Source: Leptolyngbyaceae cyanobacterium (GTDB taxonomy: Bacteria; Cyanobacteriota; Cyanobacteriia; Phormidesmidales; Phormidesmidaceae). Taken from it: a DNA stretch of 64,000 nt. The translations under genes were made by a program, and so were the position numbers. Shown here piece after piece: positions 37,219-47,132 of the stretch. The DNA lies in NCBI GenBank assembly GCA_965263355.1, contig CBDHHL010000049.1, positions 1 to 64,000 of the forward strand, read 5' to 3'. Positions within the stretch are counted from its first letter, which is position 1, and every line of letters begins with the position of its first letter. Below the pieces are notes generated by a model. It saw only the letters and a program-made list of their open reading frames with translations, was not told the DNA's origin and made no database searches.

Positions 37219-38625
37219 TTAATAGCCCTTACCCACAAGCGTGTCATCTTCCAATGATGGCAATTGTTCATCATTCTCTCTCAAATGCCGAGATTGAGCA
37301 CTAAGGTCATGGTGGAAACGCTTTTTATCAAAGCGATAGCCATCGCCAAGGAACTCCACGATCTTCTCGGCATCGTCTTCTGCATTTTGTAGGCAGGTGG
37401 ATGCACCAGGAGATGGTGTGATGTTGAACAGGATTCTCTCTCCTACTATCTTTGCCTCCCCAAGTTGGAGTTTGCGAGTCTTCACATTGACAATCTGAGG
37501 GCGAATCCCACCATATCCCTTAGCATACTCCAAATCTTCCAGGTCCATATCTGGCACAATACGTCTGACTTCATGAATGAATAACCGTTGGCCGATAAAT
37601 GGAATGTCATACAAAAAGTTTTTCACAATGTATTTGAGGATTGTCCAATCGAGCAGAATGGTAGCAAAGCTCAAGATAGCTGCAATACTCAAACCAGCCG
37701 TTCTGAAATAATCAATGATTGTTGAACCACGATAACGTTCTAATTGAACTAAAACCTTTGCCGTAGGGCCGAACCGAGTGATAGAAGGATCATGAACTTC
37801 TGGATCCCCATGAATTGCAGCAAAGGGCAGTTTCTTACTTTGCATTGTGTAGACTTTGCCGTTTAATACTGAGCGAGATCGGTAAAAGCTACCAGCAACA
37901 CTAAGAAGAGCGTAGTCTTTGCCATATCCGAGAGATTTAGCAAACAACAGGCTGTAAGCTCCAGCTGCAATGACAACTGCTTTGGCTTGAAGAGATTCAC
38001 CACTGGTATTGATAAGATACCCATCAACAATTTTCTGAATATTTGTAACCTTTGTATTGAAGCAAATATCAACAGTTGTGTCCTGGCTGCCTGCTGCATT
38101 TTCCAAGAAGGATGTTGCCAGTTTTTGGAAATTGACCGTAAATCCTTCCTCTGTGAATAAAGCGCTGATCTCTTCATCAGAAGCGCGCCCTTTCAGAATA
38201 TTGGGTTCCAATTCCTGGATCTCTGCACGATTAATCATCCGCAAAGAAGGGAACAGATGCTTGAATTCGTGATAGCGCTTCTCCAGGATGCTGATCTGTT
38301 CTTGCCCAACTGCTAGCACCATTTTGTTGTACTTGCTGTGCATCTCTCGATAAGGGTCGTACTTTAGTAAGTAGTGCTTGACAAGAGACGATGCGCGGTT
38401 CACTTTCGTTGCTTTTTCGAGCGTGTAATTTGTTTCAATATCACCAAAATGAAGCGTTTGACTATTGTTTGATACTCGAGAGTTAACGGTGGCCGCATCA
38501 TCATATTTTTCTAAAACGACGATGCGTTTGATGTTTGTGTATTTTGACAATAGATAAGTCAAAGCAGAGCCGCAAACTCCAGCGCCTACAATCGCAACAT
38601 CATACTGATTTTGGTTTTGTGTCAT
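37219..38625 (-). CDS. mqo: FAD-dependent oxidoreductase, malate:quinone oxidoreductase-like
   Basis: GAGVCG FAD motif; NNSQTLHFGDIETNY, LPFAAIHGDP, TRFGPTA, GYGGIRPQ, TPSPGASTCL motifs. Confidence 0.75.
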   Translation of the reverse strand: MTQNQNQYDVAIVGAGVCGSALTYLLSKYTNIKRIVVLEKYDDAATVNSRVSNNSQTLHFGDIETNYTLEKATKVNRASSLVKHYLLKYDPYREMHSKYNKMVLAVGQEQISILEKRYHEFKHLFPSLRMINRAEIQELEPNILKGRASDEEISALFTEEGFTVNFQKLATSFLENAAGSQDTTVDICFNTKVTNIQKIVDGYLINTSGESLQAKAVVIAAGAYSLLFAKSLGYGKDYALLSVAGSFYRSRSVLNGKVYTMQSKKLPFAAIHGDPEVHDPSITRFGPTAKVLVQLERYRGSTIIDYFRTAGLSIAAILSFATILLDWTILKYIVKNFLYDIPFIGQRLFIHEVRRIVPDMDLEDLEYAKGYGGIRPQIVNVKTRKLQLGEAKIVGERILFNITPSPGASTCLQNAEDDAEKIVEFLGDGYRFDKKRFHHDLSAQSRHLRENDEQLPSLEDDTLVGKGY

Positions 38626-38880
38626 AGGTTTATGATCCTGCGAAGGATTCTCAATTAAGGGCGGCTATTCGCAAAGCTACAATCCTTAGCCTGCTGTGGC
38701 TACATATAAAACCACTGCAGGCAAATATTCTAGTTATCGTACCAGAGCTGACTGCCTCAATTTCATTGAATTTCCTCGATTTTCATTTTCATCAATGCTT
38801 TGAATTTCTAACTCTGGTTATTTGAACGAACCTATACTCTGAACCACCCAATTCCTCATGAGCGTCTAAAGATCAATAAA

Positions 38881-39861
38881 TCATGACTCTTCATGAGCCC
38901 CATAAATCTCTTGAAACGCCTCCTCCATTTTGATATCTAAGGCCCGGTCACTATAACGAGCAAAAATTTTGTCAGAGCGAATGCGGACAGCCCGCTTCGC
39001 CAATAGTGGATTCATGCCAGCAGTTACGAGAGAGGTGGCAAACGTATGTCTCATTCGGTGTGGGTGAATGTCATCTAACTCACTGGCTTGCGCTAAATCC
39101 TTGACCAGTTCATAGATACCGCTATAGCCCAGACGCTGTCCTCGACTGTTGTTAGACAAACTGATAAACAAGGGCGCTTCTTGGCTAACAAAAAATCCGT
39201 TACGTACCAACCACCCCAGATAGCTATCCAATGCCAAAATAGCCTCTGGTTTCAGCGGTACCAGTCCATCACTGCCCCACTTGGCCTCACGTACGCTCAA
39301 CCGTCGTCCGTCGTAATCGCTGATATCCAGGCCACAGACTTCTCTAGCGCGTAATCCATGACTGAGCACCTGGAGAATTGCCCGGTCACGCACTTCGGAA
39401 TCACCCCGGTAGGCTAGGGCCTCAAACAGTTGGTTGACTTGAGTTTCCGGTAAATCCCGAGGCGATTTGGCAGATTCTTTGAGAAATTCAATGGTGAGGG
39501 TGGGATTACGGGTGATATAGTCCTTGACAGTGAGCCACTTGAAGAAACTCTTCAGGGTGGCCAGGGCCTGATTAATAGTCGTTGGAGCCAGCGCTCCTCC
39601 CCGTTTACTAGGTCGGGTTTTCAGGTATTGTTTGTAGCGATCAATGTCGCGATGGGTGATATTGTGCCATGGCTTGTTCTGAGTCCAGGAGTAGAAGAGC
39701 CGGAGCTGCCGTTCATAAGCTTTGAGGGTACTGGCGGATAGCTCGCGCGATCGCAAAAACTCCACCACCCGCTGCCAGCCCAAATCCTCGGTAACCCGCA
39801 CTGGTGCCTGGGTTACCTGGCCAAACTCAATAAAGGTGGGCTCAGGGATATCATGAGCCAT
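38881..39861 (-). CDS. Tyrosine recombinase/integrase (XerC/D-like)
   Basis: SAM-like N-domain (STLKAYERQL, TINQALATLKSFFKWL), HGLRARE, HPHRMRHTFAT, C-terminal ARY; start set to ATG 39861. Confidence 0.9.
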   Translation of the reverse strand: MAHDIPEPTFIEFGQVTQAPVRVTEDLGWQRVVEFLRSRELSASTLKAYERQLRLFYSWTQNKPWHNITHRDIDRYKQYLKTRPSKRGGALAPTTINQALATLKSFFKWLTVKDYITRNPTLTIEFLKESAKSPRDLPETQVNQLFEALAYRGDSEVRDRAILQVLSHGLRAREVCGLDISDYDGRRLSVREAKWGSDGLVPLKPEAILALDSYLGWLVRNGFFVSQEAPLFISLSNNSRGQRLGYSGIYELVKDLAQASELDDIHPHRMRHTFATSLVTAGMNPLLAKRAVRIRSDKIFARYSDRALDIKMEEAFQEIYGAHEES

Positions 39862-40442
39862 TGTCAAACTCCCGTTATTTGAAACAAACCACAGGGCAAA
39901 AAGCATAATCTACCGTAGGCATCGCCCCACAGCTGATATTCTACCCAAACTAACATCACTTTTATTGGTTACACAAAAACTTACACTAAAAATAATCTGC
40001 TAAACATGCACTATCATAGCCCCTGAAATCAGAGCGTTTTGGCAATCACTCAATTTTGGATGGCGAATGGTGAGGCAAATTAATCAGATCATTTCAGATC
40101 ATTCACGTGCACCCCAGTTCATCATCGCTAATGCTGTAGAGTAGTTGTAAGTCAGCAACTGAAATATCACGATGATCTCGATTGAGAGATGACCTACTTC
40201 ACGCTTATGAGGCGTAGCATAAACTCTTTCTAAGAGCAGTTGAAATTCATTCTATAGAATCATCTCATCTAGACGGGCCAACAGATTTCTTTGACGCCAG
40301 TTTTTGTGATGTATCTCAAAATTCCAAAAGCCTTGTTGCTCCATGAGGCACCTCTCCTTCATCCGTATCTGTGTTCGTTTCATACTCTCATAGTGGACTC
40401 TATTTTAATTAATTGAGTGCCCTCTAGCCTGGAATTGACCAA

Positions 40443-41648
40443 GTGATTGTCAATTCTGATTACCCTGAAACCCAAGCCGTGAATCGATTAAGCTCTATCT
40501 TGAGTTTTGTTGCCTTGAAACTGTCCAATATTCTACGCTACGGGGCCGATGATCTGTGGTGTATGGATCGGGGATTAGGGTTGTTTGCGGAGCTCAGTGT
40601 ACTGCCCAAAACCGCCTGGTTTTCCGCCTATTCGTATCGGGTTAGTCGGGCGATAAATCACACCTTTTTCAAAGCCTTAAACGGCATTTGGCAACAACAT
40701 GGATTACTCTCAGAGAGTGCTAATCTAGATTTCACCACCCTGCCTCATTGGGGAGATGCCACCCATCTTGAGAACAACTGGTCAGGGACTCGAAATAAAT
40801 CGCTCACTAGTCTTTTGGCGGTGTTAGCTCAAGACCCTGATACTGGCCTGATTACCTATGGAGATACCACCCTGCGTCATCAGACTAAAAACAAGGTTGT
40901 CCTCGAATTTGTTGATTTCTATCATACTCATCATAACCATACCCTCAACTATTTGATTTTTGATAGCAAATTCACCACCTATGAACAACTTAAACAACTC
41001 GATGAACTACCCAACCCCATTAAGTTCATTACTATCCGTCGTCGAGGCAAACGAATCGTTGACGAACTCAATGCCCTTCCCAAATCTGCGTGGAAAACGA
41101 CACGAGTCCAAGCCGCCGATGGGCGTAATCGCACACTCCAAGTCCATGAACAAACCGTTTTTCTGCAGGGCTATGGAAAGGACATTCGGCAACTGGCCAT
41201 CGCTGGGACCGGGCGGATTAAACCGGTCTTATTAATCACCAATGATTTTGACCTGTCTATCGACCAAGTGATTCGAAAATATGCCCGACGGTGGTTGGTC
41301 GAGCAAGAAATTGACGAACACATTCAATTTTTCCATCTCAATCGATTGTCGTCATCTATGGTGATCAAGGTGGACTTCGATCTGACGATGTCTATCCTGG
41401 CTCATAAGCTTTATCGCCTGCTAGCGTCAGATTTACAGGGCTATACCCATCTCAATGCCACCTCCCTATTTGAGAAGTTTATCTGTAATTCGGGGCGCAT
41501 CTCTATTGCTGAGGATGCGATCTTAATTTCGATGAAAAAGAAACGTCATTTGCCCATATTGCTGAGCGCACTTGAACCGTTTCAAAATCAACCGGTCGCT
41601 TGGATGGGGAATCGAAAGTTCAGGTTCGCAGCAGATGCTTCCTCATAG
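40443..41648 (+). mobile_element. DDE transposase, probably 5'-truncated (family not assigned)
   Basis: NLDF, IFDSKF, LLITND, YARRWLVEQEI match the DDE and Y-(2)-R-(3)-E signature; the ORF starts abruptly at a GTG. Confidence 0.8.
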
Positions 41649-41689
41649 CCCTTATAATTAGGGGCCTTTTTTCAACATGAAAATCCGTG

Positions 41690-41833
41690 ATCACTAATCT
41701 CATGCCCGATAATATTGCCTCGCTGACAGACATCGAATCCGATATCTTGGATGACCCTGATGCCCTTTGGTTGGCCTATGCCTACTGTTATGACCAACGA
41801 GGGGGAGGCGTCGAAACTTCCTTATCAAGGTGA
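41690..41833 (+). pseudogene. Fragment of a second DDE transposase
   Basis: Manual translation ITNLMPD...AYAYCYDQRGGGVETS contains a Y-(2)-R-...E transposase-like motif. Confidence 0.45.
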
Positions 41834-42113
41834 GCAGCCCTTTAAACAATCCAGCTGAATGGCTGAGGCTTGCCTATGGGAGATATAGGTGTCAGCTGAC
41901 GCTGATCGTGAGTTGTCTCCAGGGAATAATTAAATTTGTAGAATGAGGGGCAAGTGAAAGAAGGTATGCTTTATTGCGATCGCACATACCTTTCCTAAAT
42001 TGCCAAAATACAGAGATTCGGTAGTGAAAATGTCACTGAGCCTGAGTATTTTAGCAGTAAAATTTAATAGCCTATATCTGAAGTAATACTTAATAGATTC
42101 AACTATAAACACC

Positions 42114-43475
42114 TTGGAACGTGATGACGCCAATGACTCGATCAATAAAGCACTGATGTTGATTCGTCAGGCCCTCCGACCTGAACGATTGAATACAATT
42201 CAGGAGTCGGTATTTTCTCAGTGTTGGACAGGGTCATCTTATCAAGAAATTGCCGATGTACTGGGATATGACGCAATCTATATTCGGGGGATCGGAGCAC
42301 AGCTCTGGAAGCAACTTTCCAAGGTATTTGGTGAAAAGGTTACAAAAAGCAATTTTCAAGCCATTATTCGGCAACATCTGACTGAGCAGCCCACTACTAG
42401 TCCATTTATTCCCCTGTCCCCACCCCCTCTCAAGGTTGCCAAAAACTGTCCTGTTGTGACGGCAGCTGAGGTCAACCAGGAAGACTACTACATTGATCGA
42501 CCTCCCATTGAAAAACGTTGTTATGAAGCCCTTGGTCATCAAGGGGCACTGCTGCGCATTAAAGCGCCGAAGCAAATGGGTAAAACATTCTTGATGACCA
42601 AGATTTTACTCTGTGCAAAAAAAAATCAATATCACACAGTAGTTGTTAATCTGCGTCTAGCAGATGGCCGTATTCTGTCTGATTTAGACCGGTTTCTGCA
42701 GTGGTTTTGTGCCGTGATCTGCGATCAGCTCAACATCACGATTGATTTAGACCAACATTGGAAACCTATTTTTGGTAGCAATTATAACTGTACCCAGTTT
42801 TTCAATCGCATTTTGCTACCACAGTTGGGCAACCCTATTGTGGTAGCCCTAGACGATGTGGATGTGCTATTTGGTCATCTCGAAATTGCCACCGACTTTT
42901 TAGGCCTAATTCGCGCCTGGTGTGAAAAAGCAAAGCACAGTGATGGAGTTAGTGACCTATGGCATTTACTTAAACTGCTAGTTATTCATTCTACTGAGGT
43001 TTACATTCCTCTACATAAGCATCAATCACCGTTTAATGTAGGGTTATCCATTGAGTTACCAGATTTTACTGCTATCCAGATATTGGCATTAGCCAAACGT
43101 TATGGTGTTATATGGACTGATGCTGAGGTAGCAGATCTTATGGCATTAATAGGCGGCAAACCCAATTTGGTTCGCCTTACATTAGACTGGGTCGTAGGCA
43201 CTTCAGAATCCCTTAATAGGTTGCTTGAAAATGCAACAGCTTCCACAGGGATTTACCATGAGCATCTACGTCAACAGTTTCGACTAATTCAAAAATATCC
43301 GGAGTTGATTCCCCTACTCCAGGAGGTAATGATCAGTGAAGCACCGGTTACTTTCCCTGCGGTACAAGGGTTTCAACTGGAAAGTTTAGGGTTGGTAAAA
43401 CTTCAGGGACAGGATGCGACACCAAGTTGTGCATTATATCGTCAATACTTTGGTCAGTTATTAAACAGTGACTAA
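42114..43475 (+). CDS. AAA_35-like ATPase with N-terminal helix-turn-helix
   Basis: SYQEIADVLGY...LWKQLSKVFGEKVTKSNF HTH; YIDRPPIE, RIKAPKQMGKT, HQSPFNVG. Confidence 0.88.
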   Translation: MERDDANDSINKALMLIRQALRPERLNTIQESVFSQCWTGSSYQEIADVLGYDAIYIRGIGAQLWKQLSKVFGEKVTKSNFQAIIRQHLTEQPTTSPFIPLSPPPLKVAKNCPVVTAAEVNQEDYYIDRPPIEKRCYEALGHQGALLRIKAPKQMGKTFLMTKILLCAKKNQYHTVVVNLRLADGRILSDLDRFLQWFCAVICDQLNITIDLDQHWKPIFGSNYNCTQFFNRILLPQLGNPIVVALDDVDVLFGHLEIATDFLGLIRAWCEKAKHSDGVSDLWHLLKLLVIHSTEVYIPLHKHQSPFNVGLSIELPDFTAIQILALAKRYGVIWTDAEVADLMALIGGKPNLVRLTLDWVVGTSESLNRLLENATASTGIYHEHLRQQFRLIQKYPELIPLLQEVMISEAPVTFPAVQGFQLESLGLVKLQGQDATPSCALYRQYFGQLLNSD

Positions 43476-43485
43476 GTTCTAATTC

Positions 43486-46296
43486 ATGGGCGATTATTCC
43501 AGCTTTAAACCCATTGGTTCTACCTATCAAGTGGGGGGGAGTTTGCCTCTGAATGCTATCAGCTATGTTAAACGTCAGGCAGATGAGGACCTGTACCAGA
43601 CCGTCAGCCAGGGAGAGTTTTGTTGTGTTCTGAACTCTCGACAGATGGGCAAATCCAGTCTGCAGGTTCATACCATGGCCCGTCTACAACAAGATGGTGT
43701 TCGGTGTATTGTGGTTGACCTAACCACCTTAGGTAATCAGCACATCACCCCTGAGCAATGGTATGCAAGCATTCTGCACGATTTGGCTGAGGGCTTTCAT
43801 TTAGATCTAGACTTTATCAACTGGTGGGAAACCGTGAGTCAGTTTTCCCTGCCAAAACGAATGGATCTGTTTTTTGAACAGGTATTACTGACGCAGATAC
43901 AACAACCTATCGTTATTTTTATTGACGAGATTGATAGTACTCTGCGTCTTTCTTTTCCCTGCGATGACTTTTTTGTTTTGTTGCGTGCTTGCTATAACCG
44001 TCGTACCAGCAATGCAGACTACCATCGTCTGACATTTGTGTTGCTCGGGGTGGCCACACCGTCTGATTTTATCCTGGATAAACAGCGTACCCCCTTTAAT
44101 ATTGGTCAATCGATCGATTTATCTGGGTTTGAGCGTAACAATATTGCTCCCCTACTGCGAGGATTTGATAACTGTGTGGCCAATCCCACTAAGACTCTTC
44201 ATCAAATTTTAGACTGGACAGGTGGACAACCATTTTTAACCCAGAAGCTGTGTCAGCTAGTTGTTGAGCATGCTCACAGTACTCCACAAGAACCTCAAGT
44301 CGTGACTGATCAGGACAGTCCTTTGGTAGGAACTCCACCAATTAATCAGGAGTTGCTGTATACCCCCCATGTTCCTTCTTTAGTTAAAACATATATCCTG
44401 GACCGTTGGGAGTCCCAGGATGAACCGGAACATCTGCGTACTATTCGTAACCGATTGTTGTATGACCATTCACGGACAGCGCAATTACTGGGACTGTATC
44501 AGCGAGTATTAATGGGTGAAATCGTAGCTGTTGACGGCAGCCGCGATCAGCTAGAGCTAAGGTTATCGGGTCTGGTGGTTGAATATCAGGGACGTTTATG
44601 TGTTAAAAACTTAATTTATCGGAGTATTTTTAACCATGTCTGGTTAGAAGATCAGCTTACTCGATTACGACCCTATGCCTCCACTCTGAATAGTTGGATG
44701 TCCTCAGGCTGTCAGGATACCTCCTGTTTGTTAACAGGGTTGGCACTGAAAGAGGCCCTTGCTTGGGCTGATCAGAAATATCTCAGTGATGTGGATTACC
44801 GGTTCTTAAATGCCAGTCAGGAGAGAGTCCAATGCTCCATGGAAGAGAATTTAGCAGCCGAAGTTTACCAGCGGGAACAGGCGCAGATTGCGCTTCAGGT
44901 AGCGGAAGATGCTAGTCAGCTCTTGGCAACAGCCCGTCGTCAGGCCAGACAAAAACAATCCTCGCCACATTGGCGTAAGCGTTGGGTGATGGGAATCACA
45001 CTGAGTTTGTTGTTAGCGTTGGCTGGCTTACGCTGGACCGGCTGGTTACAACCCTTGGAATGGAGCTTGTTTGATGCTTTTGTCCAGGTCCAACCAACAG
45101 CATCGACCGCTCCCAGGTTGGTGGTGGTGACCATTGACGATGCTGATATTCAAACCGTTGGTCAGTATCCGTTTGCCGATGAGGTATTGATGGATGTATT
45201 GAAACGACTCAAACAGTATCAGCCCCGGTTAATTGGTATGGATATTTTTCGGGATTTGCCAGTCCCTCCTGGTTCCCAAGCTCTGATTGAGCTTTATCAA
45301 ACAACCCCCAACTTAATCGGTATTAATAAGGTTGTTGATACACTTGTTCAGGCTCCGCCAGTATTGGCTGCCGCCGGACAGTATGGATTTGCTGATCAGG
45401 TTTTGGATGGGGATGGGGTAGTACGACGAGGATTGCTGACCCTTGAACTTGAGGATAAGTTATATTCTAGTTTTGCCCTTGAGCTGGTGTTAAGATATTT
45501 AAACCAAGAGGGAATTAAACCACAACCTCAGTCTAATTATCGTATACAGCTTGGTCAGGCTGAGATTGCTCCTCTTACTGAAAGTTCTGGTGGGTATGTG
45601 CAGGCGGATACAAAAGGATATCAAATTTTAATGCATTACCATGGTGATGCCTCTAGCTTTCAAACCTATAGCTTGCGGTCATTATTGAATGATCAACTGC
45701 CTGCTAATGCCGTTCGGGATAAGATTGTTCTGCTGGGCTTTGATGCCCTGACAGTGAAAGATCTGTTGCTTACGCCCTATAGTCGTCAGCTGTATGGTGT
45801 TGCTGAACCCACTTCGGGGGTATTTGTGCATGCCAATATTGTGAATCAATTGCTTAGTTCAGCGCTAGATAATCGGCCCATGATGGCAGTGTGGCCGTCG
45901 GCTCTCAACTATGGATGGATGATGATTTGGGTGTTGATAGGGGGCTGGTTAGGTAGCAGGGGCACCCAACGGATCTGGGCAGGTGCGATCTCACTCCTGT
46001 TTGCTTGTTTTAGCCTTCTGGCCATCAGTTATCTTGCCTACTTGCACGGACTATGGATTCCCATTGTTCCAGCTGGCTTAGGAGTCATCCTGAGTAGCAT
46101 CATTCTCACGATTGTGACCAATCGTCAGGCTGAGCACTTGCTATTACAAAATACGGTCAACGCCATTATGCAGCATCGGAACGACACCCCTGTTGCCACA
46201 AAAATTGCCCTGGAATATTTAAAGCAGGGTGAAGGACCACGTCAACAACAGTTAATTGAGGCTATGGGAGCAAAACTTATGGGGACTAAAGAATGA
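43486..46296 (+). CDS. AAA_35-like ATPase fused to CHASE2 sensor domain
   Basis: YQVGGSL, LNSRQMGKSSL, IFIDEIDS, RTPFNIG; CHASE2 motifs VVVTIDDADI, IGMDIFRD, DGDGVVRR, GVFVHANIVNQLL followed by three TM helices. Confidence 0.9.
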   Translation: MGDYSSFKPIGSTYQVGGSLPLNAISYVKRQADEDLYQTVSQGEFCCVLNSRQMGKSSLQVHTMARLQQDGVRCIVVDLTTLGNQHITPEQWYASILHDLAEGFHLDLDFINWWETVSQFSLPKRMDLFFEQVLLTQIQQPIVIFIDEIDSTLRLSFPCDDFFVLLRACYNRRTSNADYHRLTFVLLGVATPSDFILDKQRTPFNIGQSIDLSGFERNNIAPLLRGFDNCVANPTKTLHQILDWTGGQPFLTQKLCQLVVEHAHSTPQEPQVVTDQDSPLVGTPPINQELLYTPHVPSLVKTYILDRWESQDEPEHLRTIRNRLLYDHSRTAQLLGLYQRVLMGEIVAVDGSRDQLELRLSGLVVEYQGRLCVKNLIYRSIFNHVWLEDQLTRLRPYASTLNSWMSSGCQDTSCLLTGLALKEALAWADQKYLSDVDYRFLNASQERVQCSMEENLAAEVYQREQAQIALQVAEDASQLLATARRQARQKQSSPHWRKRWVMGITLSLLLALAGLRWTGWLQPLEWSLFDAFVQVQPTASTAPRLVVVTIDDADIQTVGQYPFADEVLMDVLKRLKQYQPRLIGMDIFRDLPVPPGSQALIELYQTTPNLIGINKVVDTLVQAPPVLAAAGQYGFADQVLDGDGVVRRGLLTLELEDKLYSSFALELVLRYLNQEGIKPQPQSNYRIQLGQAEIAPLTESSGGYVQADTKGYQILMHYHGDASSFQTYSLRSLLNDQLPANAVRDKIVLLGFDALTVKDLLLTPYSRQLYGVAEPTSGVFVHANIVNQLLSSALDNRPMMAVWPSALNYGWMMIWVLIGGWLGSRGTQRIWAGAISLLFACFSLLAISYLAYLHGLWIPIVPAGLGVILSSIILTIVTNRQAEHLLLQNTVNAIMQHRNDTPVATKIALEYLKQGEGPRQQQLIEAMGAKLMGTKE

Positions 46297-46381
46297 ATCA
46301 GTTTTAAGTTGTTTTGAATAAAATGAGATCGCAACTCCCTGCGACTATAGAGAGCGATGTATTTACCCTAACCAGAAATCA

Positions 46382-47059
46382 CTATATCGCTCCCACAGTG
46401 TTAAAAATATCCTGGTTTTGCAAAATGAGATGCACAACATCATACCAATGCCCAGTGTTTTGCAAAATAGTTACTTGCTCTTCTACTGAAGCGTTAGCTA
46501 ACGTTTGTGCTAACTCCGGTGAATGCTCTATCCGCTTGATCCAACCACTAAAAAAAGGATCGCTAGGATTTAGATAGCCCTCACATAGAATACTCAGGGT
46601 CCAGCGATAGTTTTGTCCAGGTATTAATGCCTCTAACGTCTCGGGCATTTGAAATTGTACAACACCTTGTTCCGTGGCTACAGGAATGGGTAAATGGGTA
46701 CGAGAGTGTTCGTCTCCAGAATCTGTTTGTAGCACTAACAGTACCTCCTGGGCACGAGTGCTGGGCATTTCCATCCATATCACCGGATGCGCTGCAGCGG
46801 TTAAACCATAATTACCGTCAGGCATCAATGGACGCATGGGTAAACCGTCGCCACTACAACGGTCTTCATCCCGAGACCCAGCAGGAACAGTTTCTTCGGG
46901 CGCACCATCTTTGGGTGGTTTAAAGTCCGATGCGAAAATACTCAATAGGGTTTGGACAGATTTTCGGGCAGGTTGCTCGGCCCGAACAGACAACGTTAAT
47001 GCTGTTATAGATAGGCTGATGGCCAGCAGAAGAGGTTTTTTGAAAAATAGGTTTAGCAT
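46382..47059 (-). CDS. DUF928 domain protein
   Basis: Signal peptide, FKPP..GAP...AGSR, GLT..AHP, L.PGQNYRW..C, GWIKR, G.WYD. Confidence 0.85.
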   Translation of the reverse strand: MLNLFFKKPLLLAISLSITALTLSVRAEQPARKSVQTLLSIFASDFKPPKDGAPEETVPAGSRDEDRCSGDGLPMRPLMPDGNYGLTAAAHPVIWMEMPSTRAQEVLLVLQTDSGDEHSRTHLPIPVATEQGVVQFQMPETLEALIPGQNYRWTLSILCEGYLNPSDPFFSGWIKRIEHSPELAQTLANASVEEQVTILQNTGHWYDVVHLILQNQDIFNTVGAI

Positions 47060-47132
47060 ATTCTTACGGTGTTTAGAAAACGTTTAGGGCACATCTTAGG
47101 AGCCTGATGGATTTCTCAAAAAATTGGAGCGC

